Shown here: positions 54,061 through 63,843 of the stretch, in pieces | Numbering within the stretch: position 1 is the first letter of the stretch | How the letters are laid out: the number at the start of each line of letters is the position of its first letter | Assembly: GCA_002422315.1 (NCBI GenBank) | Contig: DIUJ01000049.1 | Location: 83,799 to 147,798 of the forward strand | From: Bacteroidetes bacterium UBA6161 | GTDB taxonomy: Bacteria > Bacteroidota > Bacteroidia > NS11-12g > UBA955 | Reading direction: 5' to 3' | Length of the DNA stretch: 64,000 nucleotides | Notes under the pieces: generated by a model | What the model was told of the DNA's origin: nothing | What the model saw: the letters and a program-made list of their open reading frames with translations, nothing else | Databases searched by the model: none | Program-made: the position numbers and the translations under genes

Positions 54061-55579
54061 TATTAAATTCTAAAGGAGAGTCTGGGCCAATTGGCAAACC
54101 AAGTTGAATCCAAATAATTAACAAAATACTCCATCCGATTAAGAAAATTAAAGAATAGGGGAGCATAGTAGAAATAATGGTTCCAATTCCTGCTTTGCTA
54201 TCGTAGCGTTGCATAAAGGCAACAATTAGAGCAAAATAGGACATCATTGGAGAAATTATATTGGTAACACTGTCGCCCACTCTATAAGCCATTTGTACAA
54301 GTTCTGGAGAATATCCTAATAGCATAAACATAGGGATAAATACAGGTGCCATTATTGCCCATTTTGCAGAAGCACTTCCCATAACCAAGTTTATAATTGC
54401 AGAAATAATAACAAAAGACAACATGAGAGGGATAGGACCGAGGCCAGAACTTTTAAGCACTTCAGCACCTTTTACTGCAAAGATTAACCCTAGTTTGGTT
54501 TCGTTAAAATAAGCTACAAATTGAGCTGCGAAAAATACCAATACTATATAGGATGCTAAGGTTTCCATGCTTTTAGCCATTCCTTTCATTACATCGCTAT
54601 CATTTTTAATGGTTTTGGCGCCAACTCCATAAAAAATTCCCGCAATAGCAGCCCCTAAAAAGATAATAGCTACAATGCTATGCATAAATGGTGATTTTAG
54701 TATAGAGCCTTCTTCGCCCCTAAAATATCCATCGTAAGGGATAAGACCACCTAAAATAAATGCAGAGAAAAGTACTATTCCAATAAGTGCGAAGAGCAAA
54801 CCTTTTTTCTCTAAGGTAGTCATTTTATCTATAGAAACAGCTTTTTCTGTTCCGGTGTATTCTCCCAAGCGTGGAACAATAATTTTTTCTGTTACCCATG
54901 TACCTAAAATAGCAATGATAAAAGTAGAAACAAACATAAAGTAATAATTCGCAGCAGGATTTACGGTGTATCCTTCTTGAAGTATTTGAGCAGCTTCCTG
55001 ACTTAATCCAGCAAGCAAAGGGTCTATAGTTCCTAAAAGTAAATTTGCACTATAGCCACCCGAAACCCCCGCAAAAGCAGCTGCTAATCCCGCAAATGGG
55101 TGTCGGCCTGCTGCTAGGAATATAACGGCAGCCAATGGAACAAGCAAAACATAGCCTACCTCGCTCGCAGTATTGGACAAAACTCCTGAAAATACAATGA
55201 TAAAGGTAAGAAGTTTTTTGGGAGAATTTAAAACTACCAAACGCAAAACAGCTCCAATAAGGCCGCTACCTTCTGCTATGCCAATACCAAGCAAGGCAAC
55301 CAAAACTGTTCCCAATGGCGCAAAATCAGTAAAGTTTTTCACCATTTTTGTCATCATAAAATGCAGGCCTTCTGTTGAAAGTAAATTAAAAGGCTTAATT
55401 GTTTCCTTTGTTCCAGGGTGAATTACCGAGATGTCATAAAAACTCACAATCCAAGAAATAAGCACAACAAGGAGAGCAAACCCTGCAAATAAGGTTGCTG
55501 GATGGGGAAGTAAATTCCCTACTTTTTCTACTCCATTCAAAAATCTATCTACTAAACTGGTTTTATTTTTTTGTGACAT
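54047..55579 (-). CDS. AbgT-family transporter (p-aminobenzoyl-glutamate / antimetabolite efflux family)
   Basis: From [31 protein letters not shown] (start 55579 preferred over 55639). Polytopic, ~510 aa. Confidence 0.8.
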   Translation of the reverse strand: MSQKNKTSLVDRFLNGVEKVGNLLPHPATLFAGFALLVVLISWIVSFYDISVIHPGTKETIKPFNLLSTEGLHFMMTKMVKNFTDFAPLGTVLVALLGIGIAEGSGLIGAVLRLVVLNSPKKLLTFIIVFSGVLSNTASEVGYVLLVPLAAVIFLAAGRHPFAGLAAAFAGVSGGYSANLLLGTIDPLLAGLSQEAAQILQEGYTVNPAANYYFMFVSTFIIAILGTWVTEKIIVPRLGEYTGTEKAVSIDKMTTLEKKGLLFALIGIVLFSAFILGGLIPYDGYFRGEEGSILKSPFMHSIVAIIFLGAAIAGIFYGVGAKTIKNDSDVMKGMAKSMETLASYIVLVFFAAQFVAYFNETKLGLIFAVKGAEVLKSSGLGPIPLMLSFVIISAIINLVMGSASAKWAIMAPVFIPMFMLLGYSPELVQMAYRVGDSVTNIISPMMSYFALIVAFMQRYDSKAGIGTIISTMLPYSLIFLIGWSILLIIWIQLGLPIGPDSPLEFNINPS

Positions 55580-55621
55580 TTTGGCTATTGGAATTAATAC
55601 GGGCAAATAAAACCTTAAAAA

Positions 55622-55912
55622 ATGGAATTTACAAAACAAGTTTTTGGGATTCTTCCTTTTTGTAAGGAGTTGTATTTATTGGTAGGTGTTTCCTCTTTTT
55701 TAGGTTTTGGAACAACCTTAGTTTCTCCTACTTTTCTGTCTATAATAGCACAAGTTACTTGGCCCATACAAAGAGCTGAAAGCATTGGTACTTTTCTATT
55801 GTGGATAGATTATGGTGATGCTTTCGGGGTGGAAATTTCTGGTATTACAACAGATTTATTCGGGGTAGAGTATGTCATTTATTTGGGATACTCAGCATCT
55901 TATTTTCTTTAG
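55622..55912 (+). pseudogene. Possible 3' remnant of an MFS transporter gene
   Basis: The 96-aa ORF reads like the last 3 TM helices of an MFS protein (...SPTFLSIIAQVTWPIQRAESIGTFLLWIDYGDAFGVEISG...), with no room for the rest of the gene. Confidence 0.3.
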
Positions 55913-56083
55913 TTATCCAATTCCGAATGCTTTCACAAAAAAATAGTGAAAGTATAAGTGAAATGAATTCTTTTATTTAGGCTGTAAATTAGGTTAGGGT
56001 TATTTTACCTTTAGATACTGTAAAACTATACATTACTACGGTATCTACATTTTTTTTATTTATAGATCCTGGTTGCCAAATCT

Positions 56084-56521
56084 TTAATTCTTTAATTCTT
56101 TAAATACAGAAACAACTTCATTGTCTAACTCTTTACTCGATGTCTTATTGCTCATTTCACATTGAACCATTTCACCTTTACAATTTACTATAATACTTAC
56201 CATTCCTTTATCTTCTATATCTGTATTACTTTTTAAAAAATCAACTTTTTGATTTAATTCAATGCTTATCTCTTCTTTAGATTTAGGAGCAATTGCTTTA
56301 ATTTGACCGTTGCCAGGCAAAGGTAAAATTGCAAGTACATATTCATTGTTGCAAACACCTTCTATTGGTTCTTTTACTTCCATTATCGCAACCATATTAT
56401 TCATGGAGTTGTTGGATATTGTAGAGGAATTGTTTGTTGTTTTAGAAGACGAACAAGAGAACAAGACAGAAATTGAAACAATTAATCCTAGTCTTGTTGG
56501 GTTGTTAAATTTGTTTTTCAT
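56084..56521 (-). CDS. Hypothetical lipoprotein
   Basis: Lipobox LFSC followed by an S/T/N-rich linker. Confidence 0.4.
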   Translation of the reverse strand: MKNKFNNPTRLGLIVSISVLFSCSSSKTTNNSSTISNNSMNNMVAIMEVKEPIEGVCNNEYVLAILPLPGNGQIKAIAPKSKEEISIELNQKVDFLKSNTDIEDKGMVSIIVNCKGEMVQCEMSNKTSSKELDNEVVSVFKELKN

Positions 56522-56547
56522 TTGATTTATTTTGAGTGTAAAAAAAA

Positions 56548-57666
56548 TTATTTATCGTATTGGTTTCTGTGAAATTTATTGGTGTTGTCAATTTTCAAGC
56601 TATTTTCTCCGAACCAAGTTACAAAATTCTCCCATTTTTCTTTGTTTTCTGTTTTCCATTTTATAAAACCATTTTCGTCACCTTTCATGAGTATCCAATT
56701 GCTATAAGCCTCGAAATGACCAGCATCATAAATAGTTTTTTGATAGGTAAACAAAAGGATAGGGTAATTTTTAGAATGTCCGCTTTCGTAATATTTTTCT
56801 ATAAATTTGTTTCTAATAGTATGGAGCGATTCAAAATTGATTGTTTTTTCAGGTAAAGAAGATAGTAGAAGCAAGGGCTCATATACCCCAATACTAAAAG
56901 GAAGTCTGAAATCTTTGGGGTCTATTTTTTCATCTATGTACAGGGTGTTTACCTTGCTAAAACTTAAATTTCTAGAAGTATCACTCGTAATGTTTATTCC
57001 ATTGATATAGCTTTCGTAGAGCAGCTTGCTTATTTCTTGTGTACGTTTGCTATTGCGCTCCAAATTCATAAACAATTCTCCATAAATCATTCCCCAAACT
57101 TTTTCTGAGGAATTACAAAAAATTATAGTTGCCCAATAATAATTTGAAGGGAATTTAGGGGCTACTTCTATGCCTTTTTCATAAAAGGATAAAGCAGCTA
57201 AATATTTTCCTTCATGTCTTTCCATGCTGCCCCTTTCAAGATATAATATTCCTGAGTTTGGGAATAATTCTAATCCTTTTTCGTAGGTTTCTATTGCTTT
57301 TACCTTATTGCCACTCATGCTATAAGAGTTTCCAAGTAATTGATAAATAAGGTCGTGTATGTTGTTATGCTTTGTAAGTGAGGAAAGTATTTTTATAGCT
57401 GCTTTATAGTCTTTTTTAAGATAATAGGCGTAAGCTGTTTCGTAGGGGTAATTAATATTGTTGGGGTCGAGTTTTTTTGCTTCTTTAAGAAGTTTTAAGG
57501 AACCCTCTATATCTCCCTTGTCCATTAGTTTTATAGCTTCCATGCCTTTTGAATAGGCTTTTTCTTGGTTGGAGATTTGAGAAAATAAGGGATATGAGAA
57601 AAGAAACAAACCACAAAAAACAAGCATTTTCCTTATTTTTGATATATTCATAATTTGGTTTTTCAT
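56548..57666 (-). CDS. Secreted TPR-repeat protein
   Basis: Signal peptide. Several 34-aa TPR-like units (AYSKGMEAIKL...; YETAYAYYLKKDYKAAIK...; LGNSYSMSGNKVKAIETYEKGLE...). Confidence 0.65.
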   Translation of the reverse strand: MKNQIMNISKIRKMLVFCGLFLFSYPLFSQISNQEKAYSKGMEAIKLMDKGDIEGSLKLLKEAKKLDPNNINYPYETAYAYYLKKDYKAAIKILSSLTKHNNIHDLIYQLLGNSYSMSGNKVKAIETYEKGLELFPNSGILYLERGSMERHEGKYLAALSFYEKGIEVAPKFPSNYYWATIIFCNSSEKVWGMIYGELFMNLERNSKRTQEISKLLYESYINGINITSDTSRNLSFSKVNTLYIDEKIDPKDFRLPFSIGVYEPLLLLSSLPEKTINFESLHTIRNKFIEKYYESGHSKNYPILLFTYQKTIYDAGHFEAYSNWILMKGDENGFIKWKTENKEKWENFVTWFGENSLKIDNTNKFHRNQYDK

Positions 57667-57748
57667 ATAGTTTTTAGTTAGTGTCCAATAAAGATTTCTT
57701 ATTTACGTAGTGCTAGTTTTTATGCCAAGTTATTCTTTGAGTTTTTGT

Positions 57749-58255
57749 CTACGCATTTTTTGAAATATGATCCTCTAAGGTCCCCTTATTTTGCATCTTA
57801 ATATACTTTTCGATTGCTTTATTTTTAGGCATTACTTTTTTATTCTTCTTATAAAATTCAATAACCGAATGAATTCCTGCAGTAGATCCTTTAATAGGAT
57901 TTTCAAAGTCATCAGATTCTATACTATATCTTGCCCATGAACCTAAAAAAATTAACAACAAGTCTGGATTATCCATAAAAGTTACAATTTCACTTTTAAT
58001 TAATACTTTTACTTTTGGACTACCTGTTAGCCATGTCATTAAAAATAAATTTGCTTGGTTTCTTAATTTCTTTTCTTCATTTATTGGTGTAATTTCAAGC
58101 CAATTGATACATTCTATAAATTTGTCTTCGTATTTGTCATAGTCGGCCGGTGTTTCTAGCTTGTAATCACTTGGTAATGCAAAGTTTTGCGCTTGTGAAA
58201 CAAATTGAAAAAGTGTAAGGGCAAGTGTAAGTGTTATTGATTTCATAGTTCTCAT
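57749..58255 (-). CDS. Hypothetical secreted protein
   Basis: Signal peptide (LTLALTLFQFVSQAQ). No recognised motif. Confidence 0.4.
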   Translation of the reverse strand: MRTMKSITLTLALTLFQFVSQAQNFALPSDYKLETPADYDKYEDKFIECINWLEITPINEEKKLRNQANLFLMTWLTGSPKVKVLIKSEIVTFMDNPDLLLIFLGSWARYSIESDDFENPIKGSTAGIHSVIEFYKKNKKVMPKNKAIEKYIKMQNKGTLEDHISKNA

Positions 58256-58518
58256 TGATTTTTCGTTTTACTTTTTCTAGTCCAGTTGTTACAAATTCTA
58301 TTCAAATCCTTGTTTATAAGCTGTTAATCGAATTTACAAGTACAAACATAGAATATTTTCTGAATAAAATACAACAAAATTCGGGTTTTGAAAAAAAATA
58401 ACTACTAACAGTCAAAGGGTTGTAAGTATATTTATTGGCTGTATTAAGTTTTCCTTTGCTATTCACAAAAAGTGAATAAGAATAATTAAAGTCATGGGAA
58501 AGGTATGCTTCTAAGTAT

Positions 58519-58526
58519 TATTTTTG
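58519..58526 (+). promoter_or_regulatory. -7 promoter box (TAnnTTTG)
   Basis: The tatttttg box overlaps the track start TTG 58524, so ATG 58545 is the likelier start. Confidence 0.5.
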
Positions 58527-58544
58527 CGCAAATCTCAACAATAC

Positions 58545-59801
58545 ATGAAAGATATTTTTGTAAAACTACAAGAAAACATGGGGCCTTTGGGAAGGCACCA
58601 CAAAGAGGCGCATGGATATTTTACTTTTCCAAAATTAGAAGGTGAAATTTCCAATAGAATGGTTTTTAGAGGAAAAGAAAAATTAGTTTGGAGTTTGAAT
58701 AATTATTTGGGCCTAGCAAATCACCCGGAAGTACGCAAAGCCGATGCCGATGCTAGTGCTCAATATGGATTGGCTCTGCCTATGGGGGCTCGTATGATGA
58801 GTGGTAATTCTAACAACCACGAACAATTGGAAGCAGATTTAGCTTCTTTTGTACACAAAGAAGATTGCGTACTGTTAAATTTTGGTTACCAAGGAGTTGT
58901 ATCTATTATAGATGCTGTTGTAGATAGGCACGATGTTATCGTATATGATGCAGAATCTCATGCCTGTATTATAGACGGGGTTAGACTTCATGCCGGCAAA
59001 CGTTTTGTTTTTGCGCACAACAATGTAGAAAACTTAGAAAAACAACTACAAAGGGCAAATAGACTCGTAGCCCAAACTGGTGGTGGTATATTGGTAATCA
59101 CCGAAGGAGTATTTGGTATGAGCGGAAGTCAAGGAAAGTTAAGAGAAATTATAGAATTAAAGCAAAAATATAACTTCCGATTGTTTGTAGACGATGCACA
59201 CGGTTTTGGAACTATGGGTAAAACAGGTGCAGGAACAGGGGAGGAACAAAATTGCCAAGATGGTATTGATTTGTATTTTTCAACTTTTGCAAAATCAATG
59301 GCTCTGATAGGCGCTTTTGTGGCTGGACCAAAATCAATTATGGATTTTCTTCGCTATAATCTTAGGTCTCAGATTTTTGCAAAATCTCTTCCTATGCCTT
59401 TGGTAGTAGGAGCCATAAAACGATTGGAATTACTTAGAACAAAACCCGAACTAAAAGATAAACTTTGGACCATCGTAAAAGCTTTACAAGGTGGACTAAA
59501 AGAAGCAGGATTTAATATTGGTATAACTACCACCCCGGTTACCCCTGTTTTATTGAATGGTACAGTAGAAGAAGCCACACACTTAACCCTTGATTTAAGA
59601 GAAAATTACGATATATTTTGCTCTATAGTAGTGTATCCTGTAGTGCCTAGAGGGGTAATTATGCTCAGATTAATTCCTACAGCTGCTCATACTTTAGAAG
59701 ATGTAGCGGAAACTATAGAAGCTTTTAAGTCTATTCAATCCAAATTGAAAAATGGAGAATATGCTCATAAAAATGTAATTGCAACCTTGCAAGAAGCTTA
59801 A
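58545..59801 (+). CDS. Alpha-oxoamine synthase family PLP enzyme (KBL / BioF / serine-palmitoyltransferase-like)
   Basis: NNYLGLANHPEV, DAESHACIIDG, DDAHGFG and FSTFAKSM (PLP-lysine context). The substrate cannot be assigned by eye. Confidence 0.8.
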   Translation: MKDIFVKLQENMGPLGRHHKEAHGYFTFPKLEGEISNRMVFRGKEKLVWSLNNYLGLANHPEVRKADADASAQYGLALPMGARMMSGNSNNHEQLEADLASFVHKEDCVLLNFGYQGVVSIIDAVVDRHDVIVYDAESHACIIDGVRLHAGKRFVFAHNNVENLEKQLQRANRLVAQTGGGILVITEGVFGMSGSQGKLREIIELKQKYNFRLFVDDAHGFGTMGKTGAGTGEEQNCQDGIDLYFSTFAKSMALIGAFVAGPKSIMDFLRYNLRSQIFAKSLPMPLVVGAIKRLELLRTKPELKDKLWTIVKALQGGLKEAGFNIGITTTPVTPVLLNGTVEEATHLTLDLRENYDIFCSIVVYPVVPRGVIMLRLIPTAAHTLEDVAETIEAFKSIQSKLKNGEYAHKNVIATLQEA

Positions 59802-59802
59802 A

Positions 59803-60345
59803 ATGGGTTTGTCGCGCAAATGTATTTTATTTGTTGCCATGTCATTGGATGGCTTTATTGCTTCCTCTAACGATTCACTTGATTTTTTAAAATCTATTGA
59901 AAAAGAGGGGGAGGATTATGGTTATAAAGAGTTTATGGATACTATTGATACGGTAGTAATGGGTAGAAGAACATATGAGAAGGTGATGACCCTAGTACCA
60001 GAATTTCCTCATGCTCACTTAAGGTCTTATATAATCACTAAAAATCCCAAGCCTACCGAAGGAAATATGCATTTTTATTCTGGTAATCTTTCTGAACTTA
60101 TACATAGTTTAAAAACACAACAAGGCAAGGATATTTTTATAGATGGTGGAGCTATTTTAGCCAATAGTCTGTTTAAAATAAATGCAATAGATGAAATAGT
60201 GGTTTCTATTGTTCCTTTTTTACTCGGAGATGGGGTATCCTTGTTCCAAAATAGTTTACAAAATAAAAATATCGAATTGATATCTTGCAAACACTATAGC
60301 ACAGGATTGGTTCAACTACATTATACTATTCCTTCAATTTCCTAA
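59803..60345 (+). CDS. RibD C-terminal / dihydrofolate-reductase-like domain protein
   Basis: ILFVAMSLDGFIAS...VVMGRRTYE...FIDGGA pattern. ATG 59803 preferred. Confidence 0.6.
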   Translation: MGLSRKCILFVAMSLDGFIASSNDSLDFLKSIEKEGEDYGYKEFMDTIDTVVMGRRTYEKVMTLVPEFPHAHLRSYIITKNPKPTEGNMHFYSGNLSELIHSLKTQQGKDIFIDGGAILANSLFKINAIDEIVVSIVPFLLGDGVSLFQNSLQNKNIELISCKHYSTGLVQLHYTIPSIS

Positions 60346-60348
60346 TTT

Positions 60349-61704
60349 ATGGCAAATTACCCACAAGCGTTTATAGACTTAATGGACCAAAAATTCAAAG
60401 AAGAAAAAAATGCTTTTTGGGAATCCTTAAGTTTAAATGCAAATACTTCCATTAGGTTAAATCCTTTTAAAACCAATGTGATTCCCAAATTAGATCCTGT
60501 TGCATGGAACCCCCAAGGATATTATGTTCCACAAGATACCAAATTTGTTTCTGACCCTTGGTGGCATGCAGGAGCGTATTATGTTCAGGAAGCCTCAAGC
60601 ATGTTTTTATCGTACGCCTTGCAACCTTTTTTAGAGAAATTAAACAATCCCTTGGTTCTAGACCTTTGTGCTGCACCGGGTGGTAAGTCTACTTTATTAG
60701 CTACAGAAATATGGAAAAAAAATGGTTTTTTAGTAGCCAATGAAGTAATGTCTAATAGGATAGGGTCTTTGCAAGAAAATATAAGTAAATGGGGTTTGCC
60801 CAATACGGTAGTTACCAATAAAGATGCTGCATTTTGGGGCAAAAAAGGCCCTCTTTTTGATATGGTTTTGGTAGATGCCCCCTGCTCAGGCGAAGGTATG
60901 TTTAGAAAAGACCCTAACGCAATTTTGCAATGGAATGACAATTCGCCTCAACATTGTGCTCTTAGGCAGCAAAGTATTTTACAAGACATTCTGCCTGCTT
61001 TAAAGCATGGAGGAATTCTTGTTTATTCTACTTGTACTTTCAACGACAAAGAAAATAAACAGAATTTAGATTTTTTTGAATCTTTGGGTGTGGAATGGCA
61101 GCCAATTCCACTAGATGATACTTTTGGAGTTACACAAGAAGGGAAAGGCTATAGTTTTTATCCTCACAAAGTAAAAGGGGAAGGTTTTTTTATTGCAGTA
61201 GGTATTTTAAATAAGGAAGTACAGATCGCATTTAAAACCATACATAAACCCATTTTAAAGGAGTTTCAAAACCCATTTAAAGGCCTGAATCTAAAGGAAA
61301 ATTGGTTTTGTACTTTGTTCGAAAACGAAATAAAAATAGCCAATTCTCAAATGCTTGAAACCTTTTCACCGCTTTTAGGATTTATGGATATTAGAAAAAT
61401 CTTATGGAATTGGGCGGAGAAAAAAGGAAACGACTTTATACCTCATTACCAAAGTGCATTTTGTAGCAGTATTGTATGTGAAAATATACAATTAAGTGAA
61501 CTTAGTCACGAAGAAGCATTGAAATACCTTAGAAAAGAAGACCCCGGTGTACATACCGAGAAGGGATATAAGCTGGTTGCATACCAAAATATACCTTTAG
61601 GTTGGATAAAAAATTTAGGAAACAGAAACAACAACCTTTATCCCTCTCAATGGCGAATTTTGAGCCATCGTTACGACAAGGAAGTTTTTAATATGTTGGC
61701 TTGA
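60349..61704 (+). CDS. RsmB/RsmF-family (NOL1/NOP2/Sun) RNA cytosine-C5 methyltransferase
   Basis: LDLCAAPGGKST, VDAPCSGEGMFRKDP and YSTCTF catalytic-Cys motifs. Confidence 0.8.
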   Translation: MANYPQAFIDLMDQKFKEEKNAFWESLSLNANTSIRLNPFKTNVIPKLDPVAWNPQGYYVPQDTKFVSDPWWHAGAYYVQEASSMFLSYALQPFLEKLNNPLVLDLCAAPGGKSTLLATEIWKKNGFLVANEVMSNRIGSLQENISKWGLPNTVVTNKDAAFWGKKGPLFDMVLVDAPCSGEGMFRKDPNAILQWNDNSPQHCALRQQSILQDILPALKHGGILVYSTCTFNDKENKQNLDFFESLGVEWQPIPLDDTFGVTQEGKGYSFYPHKVKGEGFFIAVGILNKEVQIAFKTIHKPILKEFQNPFKGLNLKENWFCTLFENEIKIANSQMLETFSPLLGFMDIRKILWNWAEKKGNDFIPHYQSAFCSSIVCENIQLSELSHEEALKYLRKEDPGVHTEKGYKLVAYQNIPLGWIKNLGNRNNNLYPSQWRILSHRYDKEVFNMLA

Positions 61705-61773
61705 TTAGCACATGTGGGATGATATGCTGTTGTATAAAAAGTTGATTTTAATAAAGTTTGCCATAACATAAAG

Positions 61774-61968
61774 TTAAGCTAAGTTATTTCGAAACCTAAT
61801 TGCGAATAAAGCTAAGGTTATAAAATAAATAAAATGGATATGGTTAATTAAAAACAGGAGTTCAACATTTCCAGAAAATTTATCTGAGTACATGTGTAAA
61901 TAGCTTAATATCAAACTTAAAATCAATGATATCCATGAAATAGCTAGAATGAGATTATTTGTTTTCAT
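61774..61968 (-). CDS. Small two-TM membrane protein
   Basis: 64 aa with two hydrophobic helices. Last gene of a minus-strand run of accessory ORFs. Confidence 0.35.
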   Translation of the reverse strand: MKTNNLILAISWISLILSLILSYLHMYSDKFSGNVELLFLINHIHFIYFITLALFAIRFRNNLA

Positions 61969-62007
61969 ATTATATTTACTTAGGTTGCTTGTGCCTTTAT
62001 TTAGATA

Positions 62008-62967
62008 TTAGGGAATGAATATTTTACAATTGAATTCTTCGTTTGTTAATGTATTTATTACTTTTACGATGTAAATTCCATTTAAAATTGTCAAAGTCGA
62101 AATACTTGATTCATTCCCTAAGTATATACATTTTCCGCTTAGGTCATATATTTTAACATTGTATGATTTCCAATCAGTATGTATTTCAATTTTCGATTCA
62201 TAATCGTTTATTAACAAACTTACAGGCTTAATATCTTTTTTAATTGTAATTGCAGAGTTTATAAAATTTTCTAAATAAGCTGTTGTATAACTAATACTCC
62301 CATTTGAAACAAATTTAGAAACATTTAAAAGTGGATGAGAAAAACCAGATTTATACCAATCATAAAACTCGAATTGTGTTTCACCTACTATACCATTAAA
62401 TTCAACTATTTGTTTACCAAATGTTTTAACCCTTAGACAGTTTTGATAAACATCTTTTGGTGTTTTTAATTCACCATATCCATCAACCTTGATGGTGTAA
62501 TAATATTTAATATATAAAGAGTCTTGTATGCCCGCATTGTACATTGCCAATATAGAGGTGTCATTTTTAATATTACCATATTCTATTGGAAAGTTAACTA
62601 TTTTCAGCGGTTTAGAAAAGTTTTGTATTAGGTTAGAATTAACATTGTAGTAAGCAAGTATATTTCTATTAAAAGTATCCTCATAGATATGCTGATAAAT
62701 ATTTTCTTTTACATCATGCAATAAAATATTTGAATTTGGAAAAGTAGGCAATAGGACTGTAAATTCTGTTGTTTCAGTCTTTGTCAAGTCAGAAAAATCC
62801 CACTGAACATTTAATCCACTATCACCAAATCTTTTATAAATGCTTTGCGAAACTAAGAATTTGTCACCAACACTAAATTTAATGCTATCAAAGGGTATTT
62901 TATTCTGTGCACTTATCATATGTGAGCATATTATTATGCTGAGTGCGGAAAGTAGTTTTAATTTCAT
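62008..62967 (-). CDS. Secreted protein with T9SS C-terminal sorting domain
   Basis: Signal peptide. C-terminal VKIYDLSGKCIY...GIYIVKVI pattern. Confidence 0.6.
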   Translation of the reverse strand: MKLKLLSALSIIICSHMISAQNKIPFDSIKFSVGDKFLVSQSIYKRFGDSGLNVQWDFSDLTKTETTEFTVLLPTFPNSNILLHDVKENIYQHIYEDTFNRNILAYYNVNSNLIQNFSKPLKIVNFPIEYGNIKNDTSILAMYNAGIQDSLYIKYYYTIKVDGYGELKTPKDVYQNCLRVKTFGKQIVEFNGIVGETQFEFYDWYKSGFSHPLLNVSKFVSNGSISYTTAYLENFINSAITIKKDIKPVSLLINDYESKIEIHTDWKSYNVKIYDLSGKCIYLGNESSISTLTILNGIYIVKVINTLTNEEFNCKIFIP

Positions 62968-63034
62968 AATTTAAAAGTTTAGAAATAAGAAGTAGTGCAA
63001 ATATAATAATTTGCACTACTTCTTAATATTTGAT

Positions 63035-63727
63035 TTAATTATAGCAGTCAAGTTCGCTTTTAGCTTCCATTTTCCCTCTATAGTTTTGATATTCTGATCT
63101 CAAACTAGTACAATTTGGGAATTGTCTGTCCCAGCCAGCAATACAATCATCATGAATAGCGTAACAGAATCCAATTAAGATAAATCCTGCCCAACCACCA
63201 GTAGCAAATGCACCTACTGCACAGCCTGCGAAGTTTAATCCACAACTTCTTAATCCTGCTTTGTAATTTCCACATGGATCAACATTGGGTACTAATAGTA
63301 TATCTCCTAATCCATGTTCTTCGATTATCTTGTCTGCAAGATACTCTTTGTATGTGTTTATTTGTAGTGTACTTGACAAAGTTGAGTTGTTACTAATAAA
63401 ATCTTTAAGTTCAGTAAATTGACCATATAAGTTTTGTAACTCAGTATGGTTTGCAAACATTTCTGCTTTGGCTTCTGCACTTAAATTAGAATTTAAAATA
63501 TTAGTGTAATCACAATAACCTTCATTACTTAGATTACTAATACTTAGTTGATGTTGAACTGATAATTTTGCAAACGTATCTAATTTTGCATAATTTGAAA
63601 TAGGGCTAGAAGCTTCAATTTTAGTTTGAGTTTCCCTAACTTGACTGTTTGTTTCTTTTTTACAAGAAGAAACCATTAACACACCGCTCAAAGCGATTGT
63701 TAAAATGCTTAATGCTAATTTTTTCAT
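63035..63727 (-). CDS. Lipoprotein with Cys-rich, Gly-zipper-like hydrophobic C-terminal domain
   Basis: Lipobox MVSSC. The C-terminal 80 aa contain 8 Cys and FAGCAVGAFATGGWAGFILIGFCYAI. Confidence 0.5.
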   Translation of the reverse strand: MKKLALSILTIALSGVLMVSSCKKETNSQVRETQTKIEASSPISNYAKLDTFAKLSVQHQLSISNLSNEGYCDYTNILNSNLSAEAKAEMFANHTELQNLYGQFTELKDFISNNSTLSSTLQINTYKEYLADKIIEEHGLGDILLVPNVDPCGNYKAGLRSCGLNFAGCAVGAFATGGWAGFILIGFCYAIHDDCIAGWDRQFPNCTSLRSEYQNYRGKMEAKSELDCYN

Positions 63728-63843
63728 ATTGATGTTTTTAAAATGAATTACAAATATTCAAATCGAAACACTATCAATACAAATAGAATATATTACTAAG
63801 AGTGAAGAATTTATTAATTATAGGGGTTTTTAATTTTGACTAA

